A DNA stretch of 51,873 bases from NCBI GenBank assembly GCA_040289505.1, contig PSLH01000003.1, positions 1 through 51,873 of the forward strand, written 5' to 3'. The notes under the pieces are model-generated. The model was not told the DNA's origin. It saw nothing but the letters and a program-made list of their open reading frames with translations, and ran no database searches. Made by a program: the position numbers and the translations under genes. Origin of the DNA: Thermoleophilia bacterium. Lineage in GTDB: Bacteria; Actinomycetota; Thermoleophilia; Gaiellales; Gaiellaceae. Of this stretch, positions 42,474 to 51,694 are shown in pieces (positions within the stretch are counted from its first letter, which is position 1; every line of letters begins with the position of its first letter).

Positions 42474-43424
42474 TCAGACGGGAAGGAGCTCCCGCTCGAG
42501 CAAGAGCTCGCCGATCTGGATCGCGTTTAGGGCCGCGCCCTTGCGCAGGTTATCGGCAGCGAGGAAGAGGCAGAGGCCGTTCTCCACGGTGGAGTCGCGG
42601 CGGATCCGCCCCACCAGGATCTCGTCCTTGCCGGCGGCCTTGCTCGGGGTGGGGAAGTCGTCCACCCGGAGGCCCGGCGCCCGAGCAAGCAGCTCTCGGG
42701 CCTGATCTGGGTCGAGCGGCTCCTCCGTCTCCACCCACACCGCCTCGGCGTGGCCGACGAGCACAGGGACGCGTACGCAGGTGGCGCTCACCGGGAGCTC
42801 GGGTAGCTCGAGGATCTTGCGCGCCTCGGCCCGGATCTTCGCCTCCTCGTCGAGCTCGACTCCGTCGAAGTCCCAGTCCATGCGCAGGTCGTGCTCGGCT
42901 GGCGGCTCCTCCGACAGACGGGCCATCGCCTGGGCTCCTGCGCCCGACACCGACTGGTAGGTGGCCACGCGCACCCGAGCCAGCCCAGCGGCGTCGAGCA
43001 AGGGCTTGAGGACGCAGGTGAGGGGAATGGTGCAGCAGTTGGGGTTGGCGACGACGCCGGCGTGCTCCCGGGCGCGGTGGCCGTTCACCTCGGGCACGAC
43101 GAGAGGGACCCCATCCTGGAGGCGGTAGGCCGACGACTTGTCCACGCAGACGGCGCCCCCCTCCAAGGCGTGGGGGACGAGTGCTCGCGAGGCCGAGGTG
43201 CCTACCGAGAAGAAGCAGAGGTCGAGGTTGCCGGCGGAGAGGGCCTCGGGGGTCGCCTCCTCCACCGCTAGCTGGCGGTGGCCGAAGGGAAGCCTCGTCC
43301 CTGCCGAGCGGGCGGAGGCGAAGGCACGCACCGCCTGGTAGCCGCGCTCGGCCAACAGGGCGAGCGTGATCCGACCCACAGCCCCGGTCGCTCCCACCAC
43401 CCCGATGCGCACCGCCTCACGCAT
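42474..43424 (-). CDS. asd: aspartate-semialdehyde dehydrogenase
   Basis: Contains [19 protein letters not shown], the active-site region [10 protein letters not shown] and YQSVSGAG. It overlaps the lysC stop by 8 nt. Confidence 0.9.
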   Translation of the reverse strand: MREAVRIGVVGATGAVGRITLALLAERGYQAVRAFASARSAGTRLPFGHRQLAVEEATPEALSAGNLDLCFFSVGTSASRALVPHALEGGAVCVDKSSAYRLQDGVPLVVPEVNGHRAREHAGVVANPNCCTIPLTCVLKPLLDAAGLARVRVATYQSVSGAGAQAMARLSEEPPAEHDLRMDWDFDGVELDEEAKIRAEARKILELPELPVSATCVRVPVLVGHAEAVWVETEEPLDPDQARELLARAPGLRVDDFPTPSKAAGKDEILVGRIRRDSTVENGLCLFLAADNLRKGAALNAIQIGELLLERELLPV

Positions 43425-44664
43425 CGCTCGTCACCCGGGGGCCTGCGCTCTCTGCCAGGCGGAAGCGGTCGTGCACCGCCTGCACTGCTCGCTCCACGTC
43501 CCCGGCGCGGACGACGCAGGAGATGCGAATGGAGGAGGTGGAGATGATCTCGATATTGATGCCCGCCTCGGCCAAGGCCTCGAACATGTCGGCTGCGACC
43601 CCGGGGTGGCTGCGCATGCCCGCCCCCACCAAGGACACCTTGCCGATATCGGCGTCCTGGGTGAAGCCGCGGGCTCCCACCTCCTTGGCGATCTCGGCCA
43701 AGATCGGCTCGGCCACCGCCAGATCGTCCTTGGGCAGCGTGAACGAGATGTCGGTGTGCCCGTCGGCAGACACGTTCTGGACGATCATGTCCACGTTGAC
43801 GGCGGCATCGGCCAGGGCTCGGAACACGCGGGCAGCGATGCCGGGCCGATCGGGCACGCCCAGGATGGTCATCTTCGCCTCCGAGGTGTCGTGGGTGACC
43901 CCGGAGATCATCGCCTTCTCGAGCATGCCCTTGTCCTCCTCGCAGATCCACGTACCGGGCGTCTCCGAGAACGTCGAGCGGACGTGCAGGGTGACGCCGT
44001 GATTTCGCGCGAACTCGACCGAGCGTAGCTGGAGCACGCGGGCCCCGGTGGCGGCCATCTCCAGCATCTCCTCGTAGCTGACCGCGTCCAGTTTCCTCGC
44101 CTCGGGCACGATGCGGGGATCGGCAGTGAAGACCCCCTCCACGTCGGTGTAGATCTCGCAGGCGTCGGCGCGGAGAGCCGCCGCCAGGGCCACCGCCGTC
44201 ATGTCCGAGCCTCCCCGGCCAAGAGTGGTGATCTCGGCCTCCGTGGACACGCCCTGGAAGCCGGCTACGAGCACGATCTTGCCCTCGTCCAAGGCCTGGT
44301 GAATACGGCGGGCCCGGATGTCCACGATCTTGGCCTTGCCGTGCTGGGTGTCGGTGACGATGCCCGCCTGGGAGCCGGTCAGCGACACCGCTGGCGCTCC
44401 CAGGTCCTCGATGGCCATCTCGGCCAGCGCGCAGGAGATCCGCTCGCCCACGGTGACGAGCATGTCGAGGGCTCGGGGCTTGGGATGCGGTGAGACTCGG
44501 TGGGCCAGGTCGATGAGCTCGTCGGTCGTGTGGCCCATGGCCGAGAGGACGCACACCACCCGGTTTCCAGCCTCTCGGGCGGCCACGAGACGCCGCGCGA
44601 CCGCCTTGAGCCGGTCGACGTCGCCAACCGAGGTGCCGCCGAACTTCATGACTAGAGTGCCCAC
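43417..44664 (-). CDS. lysC: aspartate kinase
   Basis: Contains [40 protein letters not shown] and C-terminal ACT domains. The ORF is open to 44868, inside recR. Candidate starts are GTG 44664, ATG 44649 and GTG 44724. Confidence 0.88.
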   Translation of the reverse strand: MGTLVMKFGGTSVGDVDRLKAVARRLVAAREAGNRVVCVLSAMGHTTDELIDLAHRVSPHPKPRALDMLVTVGERISCALAEMAIEDLGAPAVSLTGSQAGIVTDTQHGKAKIVDIRARRIHQALDEGKIVLVAGFQGVSTEAEITTLGRGGSDMTAVALAAALRADACEIYTDVEGVFTADPRIVPEARKLDAVSYEEMLEMAATGARVLQLRSVEFARNHGVTLHVRSTFSETPGTWICEEDKGMLEKAMISGVTHDTSEAKMTILGVPDRPGIAARVFRALADAAVNVDMIVQNVSADGHTDISFTLPKDDLAVAEPILAEIAKEVGARGFTQDADIGKVSLVGAGMRSHPGVAADMFEALAEAGINIEIISTSSIRISCVVRAGDVERAVQAVHDRFRLAESAGPRVTSDA

Positions 44665-44776
44665 GCGCCTGCTCGCCTTCTCGCGGGGCAGGGCCGAGGG
44701 GCTCGGGAGCTCGGTCGTAGTCACGCCCCGATTGTACGGGCCGCTGTCCCTTGCCCTCGGCTGAAGGTGGCTCCGC

Positions 44777-45370
44777 TCAGGCCATCTCCCGTCGGCCGGA
44801 GAGCGCCCGCCCCAGCGTGACCTCGTCGGCGTACTCCAGGTCGCTCCCGACCGGAAGGCCGCTGGCAAGGCGGGTGATCCGCACCTTTCCCCGGAGCCTG
44901 TCGGCGAGGTAGGCGGCGGTCGCCTCCCCGGTCATGGTCGGGTTGGTGGCGATGACCACCTCCTCGACCTCGTCCCGCTCCACCCGCTGGATCAGCTCGT
45001 CGATGCGCAGGTCGCTCGGCTCTACTCCGTCCAGGGGGGAGAGGGCCCCGCCAAGGACGTGATAGAGGCCGCGGTACTCGCCCGTGCGCTCGATGGAGAG
45101 GAGATCGACCGGCTGCTCGACGACGCAGACGAGGGAGCGGTCGCGGCGAGGGTCGAGGCAGATGCCGCACACCTCCTCCTCCGTGAGGTTGCCGCAAGCC
45201 CGGCAGAAGCGCACCTTCTCTTTGACATCCACGATCGCCTGGGCCAGTGCCAGCGCCTCCTCCGAGGAGGCGCGAAGGAGGTGGAAAGCGAGTCGCTGGG
45301 CCGTGCGCCTACCCACGCCCGGGAGCCGGGTGAGCTGAGCGACGAGGTTGTCCACGGCCGGCGAGAGCAC
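44777..45370 (-). CDS. recR: recombination protein RecR
   Basis: Has the HhH motif [17 protein letters not shown], the zinc finger [16 protein letters not shown] and a Toprim region [22 protein letters not shown]. Confidence 0.9.
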   Translation of the reverse strand: MLSPAVDNLVAQLTRLPGVGRRTAQRLAFHLLRASSEEALALAQAIVDVKEKVRFCRACGNLTEEEVCGICLDPRRDRSLVCVVEQPVDLLSIERTGEYRGLYHVLGGALSPLDGVEPSDLRIDELIQRVERDEVEEVVIATNPTMTGEATAAYLADRLRGKVRITRLASGLPVGSDLEYADEVTLGRALSGRREMA

Positions 45371-45388
45371 AGCTCCATTGTGCAGGTC

Positions 45389-45787
45389 TCAGCGGGCGTA
45401 GTGTTGCCACTCAGCTGGAAGAGACGGGTTCCAATCGGTGGCGCCAGGGGCGCGGAGAGCGAGGTGCAAGACCGGCCCGGCCTCGGTCGCTCCGTGCATG
45501 TGCAGGAGCCCGGCGGGGACGATCACGATGCCTCCCTCCTCGATCAGCTGCTCGGGCTGGCCTGGGAAGGCGACGAAGCCGGTCCCGGCCAGGAAGTAGA
45601 GCACTTGGTCAGTGGGGTGAACGTGGGGGCGAGTGCGGGCGTTGGCGTCGAAGAACACAGCCAAGAGCTCGAGCTCGCTCGTACCACCCGCGGCTGCCAG
45701 GTTCTGCATGCGCACGCGGCCGATGAAATTCTCGGGCTCAGGGGCGGGCCTGGCTAGGGACTCGTCGATACGAAGCGTGTCGAGCAT
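45389..45787 (-). CDS. cupin-domain protein
   Basis: Carries the cupin motifs RPHVHPTDQVLYFLAGTG and GIVIVPAGLLHMHGA. ATG 45787 is chosen. The ORF is open to 45883, overlapping the SDR gene. Confidence 0.7.
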   Translation of the reverse strand: MLDTLRIDESLARPAPEPENFIGRVRMQNLAAAGGTSELELLAVFFDANARTRPHVHPTDQVLYFLAGTGFVAFPGQPEQLIEEGGIVIVPAGLLHMHGATEAGPVLHLALRAPGATDWNPSLPAEWQHYAR

Positions 45788-45836
45788 GGCCGTGAGCCTA
45801 CCGGCTCTCCCGGGGGCCTGGCGTCTCGGGGCGGCA

Positions 45837-46631
45837 TCAAAGTGGAGAGGCCGAAGGCGCGTGGTGCCCCCCAGCGTGGCCACCCAGGTAGCCCGTGCCG
45901 TACCCGGCCCGCATGCCTCCGTCGACGACGAGCACGGCTCCGGTCACGAACGAGGACTCGTCGGAGGCGAGGTAGACGACCGCCGTGGCCACGTCCTCGG
46001 CCTGGCCCAGGCGACCCAAAGGGGGAAGCGGCCAGTCCTGCCACCGCTCGCCTAGCTCGCGCATCCCCGGCTTGATGTCGCCGGGGCAGACGCAGCTCGA
46101 GCGGATGCCGTAGGGAGCTCCGTCCAAGGCCAGCATGTTGGAGAGCATGAGGAGAGCGGCCTTGGAGACGGAGTAGGCGCCCACCGCCGGATCGCCGACG
46201 AGGGCCACGTCGGAGGCGACGTGCACGATCGCGCCTCCGCCCCGAGCCCGGAGGACGGGAAAGGCCGCCTTGGCGTGGAGGAAGGCGCCGCCCACGTTCA
46301 CGGCCAGGATCCCCTCCCAGTCGGCGAGCGAGGTCTCCGTGACTCGCGCCCGGACGCCGGTACCGGCGTTGTTGACGAGAATGTCGAAGGGGGCCGCCTC
46401 AGCGGTGGCCCGCTCCACGTGCTCGGGCTGGGAGACATCGGCCTGGATCGCTCGGCAGCCGAGCTGGCGGGCGGCGCTAGCCAGGCGCTCCCGGTCGCGG
46501 CCGGTGATGACCACGGAGGCTTCCTCGGCCAGGAAGGCGCGGGCGATGGCGAAACCGATACCGGAGCTTCCTCCGGTGACGAGGGCCCTTTTTCCGGCCA
46601 GCCTCCCTGGGCTGTGTCCCGTCGCCGGCAC
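45837..46631 (-). CDS. SDR-family oxidoreductase
   Basis: Contains KRALVTGGSSGIGFAIARAF, NNAG and YSVSKAAL (Y-x3-K). Confidence 0.8.
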   Translation of the reverse strand: MPATGHSPGRLAGKRALVTGGSSGIGFAIARAFLAEEASVVITGRDRERLASAARQLGCRAIQADVSQPEHVERATAEAAPFDILVNNAGTGVRARVTETSLADWEGILAVNVGGAFLHAKAAFPVLRARGGGAIVHVASDVALVGDPAVGAYSVSKAALLMLSNMLALDGAPYGIRSSCVCPGDIKPGMRELGERWQDWPLPPLGRLGQAEDVATAVVYLASDESSFVTGAVLVVDGGMRAGYGTGYLGGHAGGHHAPSASPL

Positions 46632-46638
46632 GCTTGGC

Positions 46639-46962
46639 TTAGACGCCGGGGAAGCCCATGCCCGGGAGCCCGGTCATGGCGCCCAGCTTGGATTGGGCGA
46701 GCGCCTGGGCGGCGCGCAGCGCCTCGTTCACGGCAGCTAAGACCATATCCTCGAGGAGCTCGGGATCGTCGGGATCGATGGCCTTGGGGTCGATCCTGAT
46801 CTCCTTGATCTCCCCCGTGCCGGTTGCCTTCACGGCTACGAGCCCGCCGCCAGCGGAGGCCTCGACCGTTTCCGCGGCTAGCTCCTCCTGGGCCTTAGCC
46901 ATCTGCGCCTGCATCTGCTGCGCCTGCTGGAGCAGCTTGTTCAGGTCGAAGCCTTTGCTCAC
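46639..46962 (-). CDS. ybaB: nucleoid-associated protein YbaB/EbfC
   Basis: The sequence is LNKLLQQAQQMQAQMAKAQEELAAETVEASAGGGLVAVKATGTGEIKEIRIDPKAIDPDDPELLEDMVLAAVNEAL. Its GTG overlaps the dnaX TGA. Confidence 0.9.
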   Translation of the reverse strand: MSKGFDLNKLLQQAQQMQAQMAKAQEELAAETVEASAGGGLVAVKATGTGEIKEIRIDPKAIDPDDPELLEDMVLAAVNEALRAAQALAQSKLGAMTGLPGMGFPGV

Positions 46963-48536
46963 TCCTCCACCTCCCGGGCATCGAGCGTCTCTTTGAGCAG
47001 CGCTACCAGCTCGTCCTCGCCCACGGGCTGCTCTTCCGCTGGCTCGGCCTGGGCCCTCCTTTGGCCCCCGAGGGAGAAGACGAGCCGCAGGCGCCGCCCG
47101 GTGACGTCGTAGAGGGCATCGGCGAGCAGGGCGGCGTTCTTCTCCTCCTCGGCCAGCTTGCGGTGGAACTCGGCTCCGACCGGGAACTCCACCGTGAGGA
47201 CGTCGCCGGCCAGGGCGGCTGGTCGGGCCTCCCGCAGCATGGAGGCGACGGGGATCGAGCGCTCCTCCAGCGCCGGCAACACCGAGCGTGTCCAGGCCTC
47301 TTGGAGCTGCGCCAGGTCGAGCGAGGGAGGGGCAGGGAGGGGCTCTGCATCTCTCGGCCGAGACGGCGCCTGGCGGGACTCCTCGCGGCCGCTGGCCCGA
47401 GCCTGCCGCTCGAGAAGCTCCAGCCGGTAGGAGAGGGATTCCTGGGAGAGGTCGGCGGCGGGCCGGGTCACCTTGACCAGCGCTAGCTCGAGCGGGAGCC
47501 GTGGGTCACCCCCTTGGCGCATGTCGTCGACGGCCACGGCCAAAAGGTCGCAGAGGCGGAGCACGGTCGCCTCGCCGAGCTGGCTCGCCTGCTCCCGGAG
47601 GCGCGCTCGGGTCTCCTCGGTCACGGGCAGGGTATCGGGCACCTCCCCCAGGTGCTGGACGAGCAGGAGGTGGCGCAGGTGCTCGAGGAGGTCGGTGACG
47701 AGGCGACCCATATCCTGACCCTGCTCGGACAGCTCCTCCACGTAGGTCAGGGCTCCTGCGGTATCGCGGTCGATGACGAGATCGACGAGGCGGAAGAGGG
47801 CCTCCTCCTCCACCGCGCCCAAGAGCTGGAGCACGGCCTGGACTGTGACGTGGCCCTCGGTGGCGGCTGCCAGCTGGTCGAGGGTAGAGACCGCGTCCCG
47901 GAAGCTTCCTCGAGCGAAGCGGGCGATCAAGGACAAGGCTGCGTCTGGCGCCTGGAAACCCTCTCCATCGGCGACGCGGCGAAGGAGCGTAACGAGCTCG
48001 GGTAGGCGCGGCCGGGCGAAGCGGAAGACCTGGCAGCGGGATCTCACCGTGGGCAGCACCTTGTCGAGCGCGGTCGTGCAGAAGACGAACACGAGGTGGG
48101 GAGGTGGCTCCTCCACGATCTTGAGGAGGGCGTTCCAGGCCGCGTCCGTGAGCTGGTGAGCCTCGTCCAGGATGTAGACCTTGTGCCTGCCCTCGACCGG
48201 CTGGAGGATGACCCGATCGCGGATCTCCCGGATGTCGTCGATGCCTCGCTGAGAGGCAGCGTCCATCTCCACCACGTCCATGGAGGTGCCGGTGGCGATG
48301 GCACGACAGGGAGCGCAGGTGGCGTCCGGCTCCGGCGTGGGGCCCTGGATGCAGTTGAGGGCCTTGGCCAGGATACGAGCGAGCGAGGTCTTGCCGGTAC
48401 CGCGGGGGCCAGCGAAGAGGTAGGCCTGGCGCACGCTCCCGGCCTGGATCGCGTTGGTGAGCGTACGCACGACCGCCTCCTGGCCCACTACCTCGGCGAA
48501 GGTCTGAGGGCGGTACTTGCGGTAGAGGGCGGTCAC
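46959..48536 (-). CDS. dnaX: DNA polymerase III subunit gamma/tau
   Basis: Contains LYRKYRPQTFAEVVGQE, Walker A GPRGTGKTS, a Cys-rich zinc module region, YILDEAHQL and the SRC motif PTVRSRCQ. Confidence 0.9.
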   Translation of the reverse strand: MTALYRKYRPQTFAEVVGQEAVVRTLTNAIQAGSVRQAYLFAGPRGTGKTSLARILAKALNCIQGPTPEPDATCAPCRAIATGTSMDVVEMDAASQRGIDDIREIRDRVILQPVEGRHKVYILDEAHQLTDAAWNALLKIVEEPPPHLVFVFCTTALDKVLPTVRSRCQVFRFARPRLPELVTLLRRVADGEGFQAPDAALSLIARFARGSFRDAVSTLDQLAAATEGHVTVQAVLQLLGAVEEEALFRLVDLVIDRDTAGALTYVEELSEQGQDMGRLVTDLLEHLRHLLLVQHLGEVPDTLPVTEETRARLREQASQLGEATVLRLCDLLAVAVDDMRQGGDPRLPLELALVKVTRPAADLSQESLSYRLELLERQARASGREESRQAPSRPRDAEPLPAPPSLDLAQLQEAWTRSVLPALEERSIPVASMLREARPAALAGDVLTVEFPVGAEFHRKLAEEEKNAALLADALYDVTGRRLRLVFSLGGQRRAQAEPAEEQPVGEDELVALLKETLDAREVEE

Positions 48537-48619
48537 CCAGGCGATTCTCGCAGATGTCGCAACGGGGTCAGAGCTTGGACTCGGCTATCTAAGCTAAGAC
48601 TCTGCCGCCTCGAAGCATG

Positions 48620-48908
48620 GAGCGCCCGGTCGCGCGGACGCGCCGTCGAGGCGAGCCACCCGGGCGGCGCCTGCGCCGCTTGCTCGGGCCAGGCGGCTCC
48701 GCGGCACCTGAGAGACACTGCTTAGCGCTGCTTCCTCCCGGACCTGACGCGGTTCACAGGCTCCCAGTGCGCGGGACCTGGCCGTCATCGCCACGCGCGC
48801 CGGCCCAGGCCCCGGACGACTCCGCCCCTCGGGCGGTGTTCGGCCCCGCTATAGCGGGTTGCGGGTTCAGGGAACCGCTAGCTCCCCGCCTAGCGCGACC
48901 GGGCAGGA
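48620..48908 (-). ncRNA. ffs: signal recognition particle RNA, long Bacillus-type (with Alu domain)
   Basis: The reverse strand carries the conserved domain IV sequence GTCAGGTCCGGGAGGAAGCAGC. Its 5' region GGTCGCGCTAGGCGGGGAGCTAGCGGTTCCCTGAACCCGCAACCCGC matches the Alu-domain start of B. subtilis scRNA from memory. The 5' GCCCGGTCGCGC (48904-48893) pairs perfectly with the 3' GCGCGACCGGGC (48635-48624). It lies upstream of dnaX as in Bacillus. Ends are approximate, about +/-10 nt. Confidence 0.88.
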
Positions 48909-48959
48909 GCATCCTAGCAGCCCTAGACACGTAGCGTGTGCCACGAGTAAGGTAGCGAC

Positions 48960-49424
48960 GTGCGGGTAGCGGCCGTCATGAGCGCCCGTCTCGTCACTGC
49001 CTCCCCGGAGGAGACGGTGCAGCGGGCGATCGCGCGCATGGTCGCCGAGAACGTGGGAGCGGCGACTGTGTGCGAAGGCCCCCGGCTGGTCGGCATCTTC
49101 ACGGAGCGTGACGTTCTCCGCCTGGCGGCGCGCCGACCCGACTTCGCTTCGCTTCCCCTGGGAGAGGTGATGACGAGGCCTGTCGTCACCGTCTCGCCCT
49201 GGGACGACCTCCTCGGCGTTGCGCACCTGATGAGGGCGCGCCGCATTCGCCATCTTCCGGTTGTCGAAGGAGAGAACGTGCTTGGCATGATCGGGATCCG
49301 CGAGGTCCTGCACGCGCTCGTCGAGCGGTTGTGGCAGGAGCACGACCCTGAGGCCCGCGAGACGGCCCACGAGCTCCTGCGCCGCGCGGGCGTGCCGCCC
49401 CCCAAGGAGCGGGAGCGAGCGTGA
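48960..49424 (+). CDS. CBS-domain pair protein
   Basis: It has two CBS repeats: VMSARLVTASPEETVQRAIARMVAENVGAATV and VMTRPVVTVSPWDDLLGVAHLMRARRIRHLPVVE. GTG start. Confidence 0.8.
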   Translation: MRVAAVMSARLVTASPEETVQRAIARMVAENVGAATVCEGPRLVGIFTERDVLRLAARRPDFASLPLGEVMTRPVVTVSPWDDLLGVAHLMRARRIRHLPVVEGENVLGMIGIREVLHALVERLWQEHDPEARETAHELLRRAGVPPPKERERA

Positions 49425-49570
49425 TCGGCTCCTCGAGCGAGGACAGAGCAGCCTGAGCGAGGATGGCTGTCAGCCGACGATGCCTCGCGCTCGCCGATGA
49501 CCTCGGTGGTCCACCTCCCTCGCACCCGCCGCGAGCGTCTCCGCCCCCATCCTCCACGAGCCCGAACGAG

Positions 49571-49642
49571 TGGGCGCGGCTGGGATCGAACCAGCGACCT
49601 CCCGCGTGTGAAGCGGGCGCTCTCCCGCTGAGCTACGCGCCC
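49571..49642 (-). tRNA. tRNA-Val (anticodon CAC)
   Basis: Manual cloverleaf on the reverse strand: GGGCGCG-TA-GCTC-AGCGGGA-GAGC-G-CCCGC-TTCACAC-GCGGG-AGGTC-GCTGG-TTCGATC-CCAGC-CGCGCCC-A. No encoded CCA. Confidence 0.9.
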
Positions 49643-49728
49643 CGGGGGCGAAAGCCTAGCGCACCCTGTACCAGGGGTTTGGGCTGGGAGGAGGAAGGTT
49701 GGCGGTGGGATGACGTAGGCCCCTCGGT

Positions 49729-50454
49729 CTAGGGGCCGCCGCGAACGTAGATCACCTGGCCGCTGACGTAGCCAGCGTCGTCGCTACAGAGGAAGGCGAT
49801 CACGCCGGCGATGTCCTCCGGCTGGCCGACCCGACGGAGCGGGATCTCCTTCTTGGCCATCTCCTGGAACTCCTCGAAGGAGAGGCCAAGACGGGCAGCC
49901 GTCTGCTCGGTCATGCGGGTAACGACGAAGCCGGGAGCGACGCAGTTCACGTGGATGCCGAAAGGCCCAAGCTCGATGGCCAGGGTCCGGGTCATGCCCT
50001 GGATACCTGCCTTGGCGGCCGAGTAGTTCGTCTGGCCGCGGTTACCGAGCGCGGAGATGGACGAGATGAGCACCATCTTCCCCGACCGCTGCTCCACCAT
50101 GTGTCGTTGGGCGGCCTGAACGGCCAGGAAGGTGCCGCGCAGGTGGGTGTCGATGACTGCGTCCCAGTCCTCGTCGGTTAGCTTGTGGATCAAGTTATCC
50201 CGTACCACGCCGGCGCAGGTGACGAGGATGTCCAGGCCTCCGAACTCCTCGATCGTCTGAGCTACCGCGCTCTCCACCTGGTCGCGCTTGGTGACGTCGC
50301 AGGGGATGCGAAGGGCAGGCGGCCCCCCGTCCTCGAAGTCCAGATCCGTCACCGCCACCTTGGCTCCCTCGGCAGCGAAGCGGGCAGCCGTGGCAGCACC
50401 GATGCCGCGGGCGCCCCCAGTGACGAGCGCCACCTTGTCTTGGAATCGCCTCAT
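49729..50454 (-). CDS. 3-oxoacyl-(ACP/CoA) reductase, SDR family (FabG-like)
   Basis: Contains KVALVTGGARGIGAATAARF, NYSAAKAG (Y-x3-K) and GQPEDIAGVIAFLCSDDAGYVSGQVIYVRGG. ATG 50454 overlaps the stop of the upstream MaoC gene (ATGA). Confidence 0.85.
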   Translation of the reverse strand: MRRFQDKVALVTGGARGIGAATAARFAAEGAKVAVTDLDFEDGGPPALRIPCDVTKRDQVESAVAQTIEEFGGLDILVTCAGVVRDNLIHKLTDEDWDAVIDTHLRGTFLAVQAAQRHMVEQRSGKMVLISSISALGNRGQTNYSAAKAGIQGMTRTLAIELGPFGIHVNCVAPGFVVTRMTEQTAARLGLSFEEFQEMAKKEIPLRRVGQPEDIAGVIAFLCSDDAGYVSGQVIYVRGGP

Positions 50455-50834
50455 CCGATCTCCACCTCCGCCTCTCCGGTCGTCACCCTCTCGCCCTGCT
50501 GGTTCTCGGCCCACACCTCGATCAGGGCCATCCCGCCCTCCACCGTCCGCACGACGCCGCGGCAGGTGAGCTCGTCGCCCGGCCGCACCATGGCCGCGAA
50601 CCGAGCCTTGAGGCGCCGCACCCGAGCGGGCCCCGCCAGGGCGGCCACGTACTGGCCGAGGAAGCCCATGCTCAGCATGCCGTGAGCGATAACCCCGTCC
50701 AGCCCCACTCGGCGGGCGGCCGCGTCGTCGAGGTGGATCGGGTTATGGTCGCCGGAGGCGGCCGCGTAGGCAGCCAGCTGCTCTCTCGTTACGGCCTCCT
50801 TGCGCAGAGGGGGAAGCTTCTCTCCTGCCCTCAT
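50451..50834 (-). CDS. MaoC-like (R)-specific enoyl-CoA/ACP hydratase, catalytic hot-dog subunit (HadB-like)
   Basis: Has the hydratase 2 motif YAAASGDHNPIHLDDAAARRVGLDGVIAHGM. Length is 127 aa. ATGA overlap with the upstream gene. Confidence 0.8.
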   Translation of the reverse strand: MRAGEKLPPLRKEAVTREQLAAYAAASGDHNPIHLDDAAARRVGLDGVIAHGMLSMGFLGQYVAALAGPARVRRLKARFAAMVRPGDELTCRGVVRTVEGGMALIEVWAENQQGERVTTGEAEVEIG

Positions 50835-51277
50835 CGCAGGATCAAGGTCGAGCGACCGGTGAAGACGCGCGCGCCGGCCTCATCTCTGCCTTCGGTCTCC
50901 ACCACCAGGAAGGTCACCCGCCCCAGCCGTGTCTCCTTCTCGGTCACCTCGACGACTCGGGCCGCGCAGGAAAGCCTCTCGCCAGGACGGATGGGTCGCT
51001 CGTAGACGTACTCCTGCTCCCCGTGGAGGAAGCGAGCTGGGTCGATCTCGTCCAAAGCTGGGATGGACAGGCGAGACCAGAACGTAGTGGGGAAGGTGGG
51101 TGGCACCGCCAGGCCGGCCTCGTAGTCTGGGTGGGGATCGCCGATCGCCTGGGCTAGCTTGATGGCGACGTCCTGCGCGACCTCGAAGGTCTCGCCAGCC
51201 GAGGAGGCACCTATCAGCGAGCGCTCGGCCACCACAGCGCATACGCTACTTCCTGTGGGGGAGCGGCGCATCGACAT
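50831..51277 (-). CDS. MaoC-N / FAS1-like dehydratase hot-dog subunit (HadA-like, non-catalytic partner)
   Basis: Contains FEVAQDVAIKLAQAIGDPHPDY, FLHGEQEYVYERPIRPGERLS and a hot-dog C-terminal strand pattern. The start is uncertain (ATG 51277/51271 or GTG 51235). The ORF is open to 51358. Confidence 0.7.
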   Translation of the reverse strand: MSMRRSPTGSSVCAVVAERSLIGASSAGETFEVAQDVAIKLAQAIGDPHPDYEAGLAVPPTFPTTFWSRLSIPALDEIDPARFLHGEQEYVYERPIRPGERLSCAARVVEVTEKETRLGRVTFLVVETEGRDEAGARVFTGRSTLILR

Positions 51278-51283
51278 CTCCCT

Positions 51284-51694
51284 GTGAGCGAGCGGCACAT
51301 CGACATCCGCTGGCGCGACTTGGACGCGCTCGGCCATGTCAACCAGGCCGTCTACCACACCTACGCCGAGGAGGTGCTCGACGGCTGGCTTCGCGATCGC
51401 CTAGGCCTGGCCGTGGGGGAGACCTGGAGCTACGTCACCGCTCGGGTAGCCATCGACTACCGAAGCGAGCTTCGGCCCGCGGATGGCCACGTGGTGGGGA
51501 CGTGCCACTTGGCGTCCCTAGGAGACTCCAGCGTGACCGTGAGGATCGAGCTTCGGGCCCCCGACGGGCGCTTGGCGGCTGAGGTCGAGACGGTGATCGT
51601 GGCCTGGGAAGGGGAAAGCCGACGCTCCCGGCCGCTCGCCGCCGGGGAGCGGCGGGCGCTTCAGTCGACCGGTCGGCCAGCGCCCGGTCGATGA
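51284..51694 (+). CDS. acyl-CoA thioesterase, 4HBT/YbgC-like hot-dog fold
   Basis: The sequence is IRWRDLDALGHVNQAVYHTYAEEVLDGWL ... ARVAIDYRSELR. Length is 136 aa. It is divergent from the dehydratase genes. Confidence 0.7.
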   Translation: MSERHIDIRWRDLDALGHVNQAVYHTYAEEVLDGWLRDRLGLAVGETWSYVTARVAIDYRSELRPADGHVVGTCHLASLGDSSVTVRIELRAPDGRLAAEVETVIVAWEGESRRSRPLAAGERRALQSTGRPAPGR

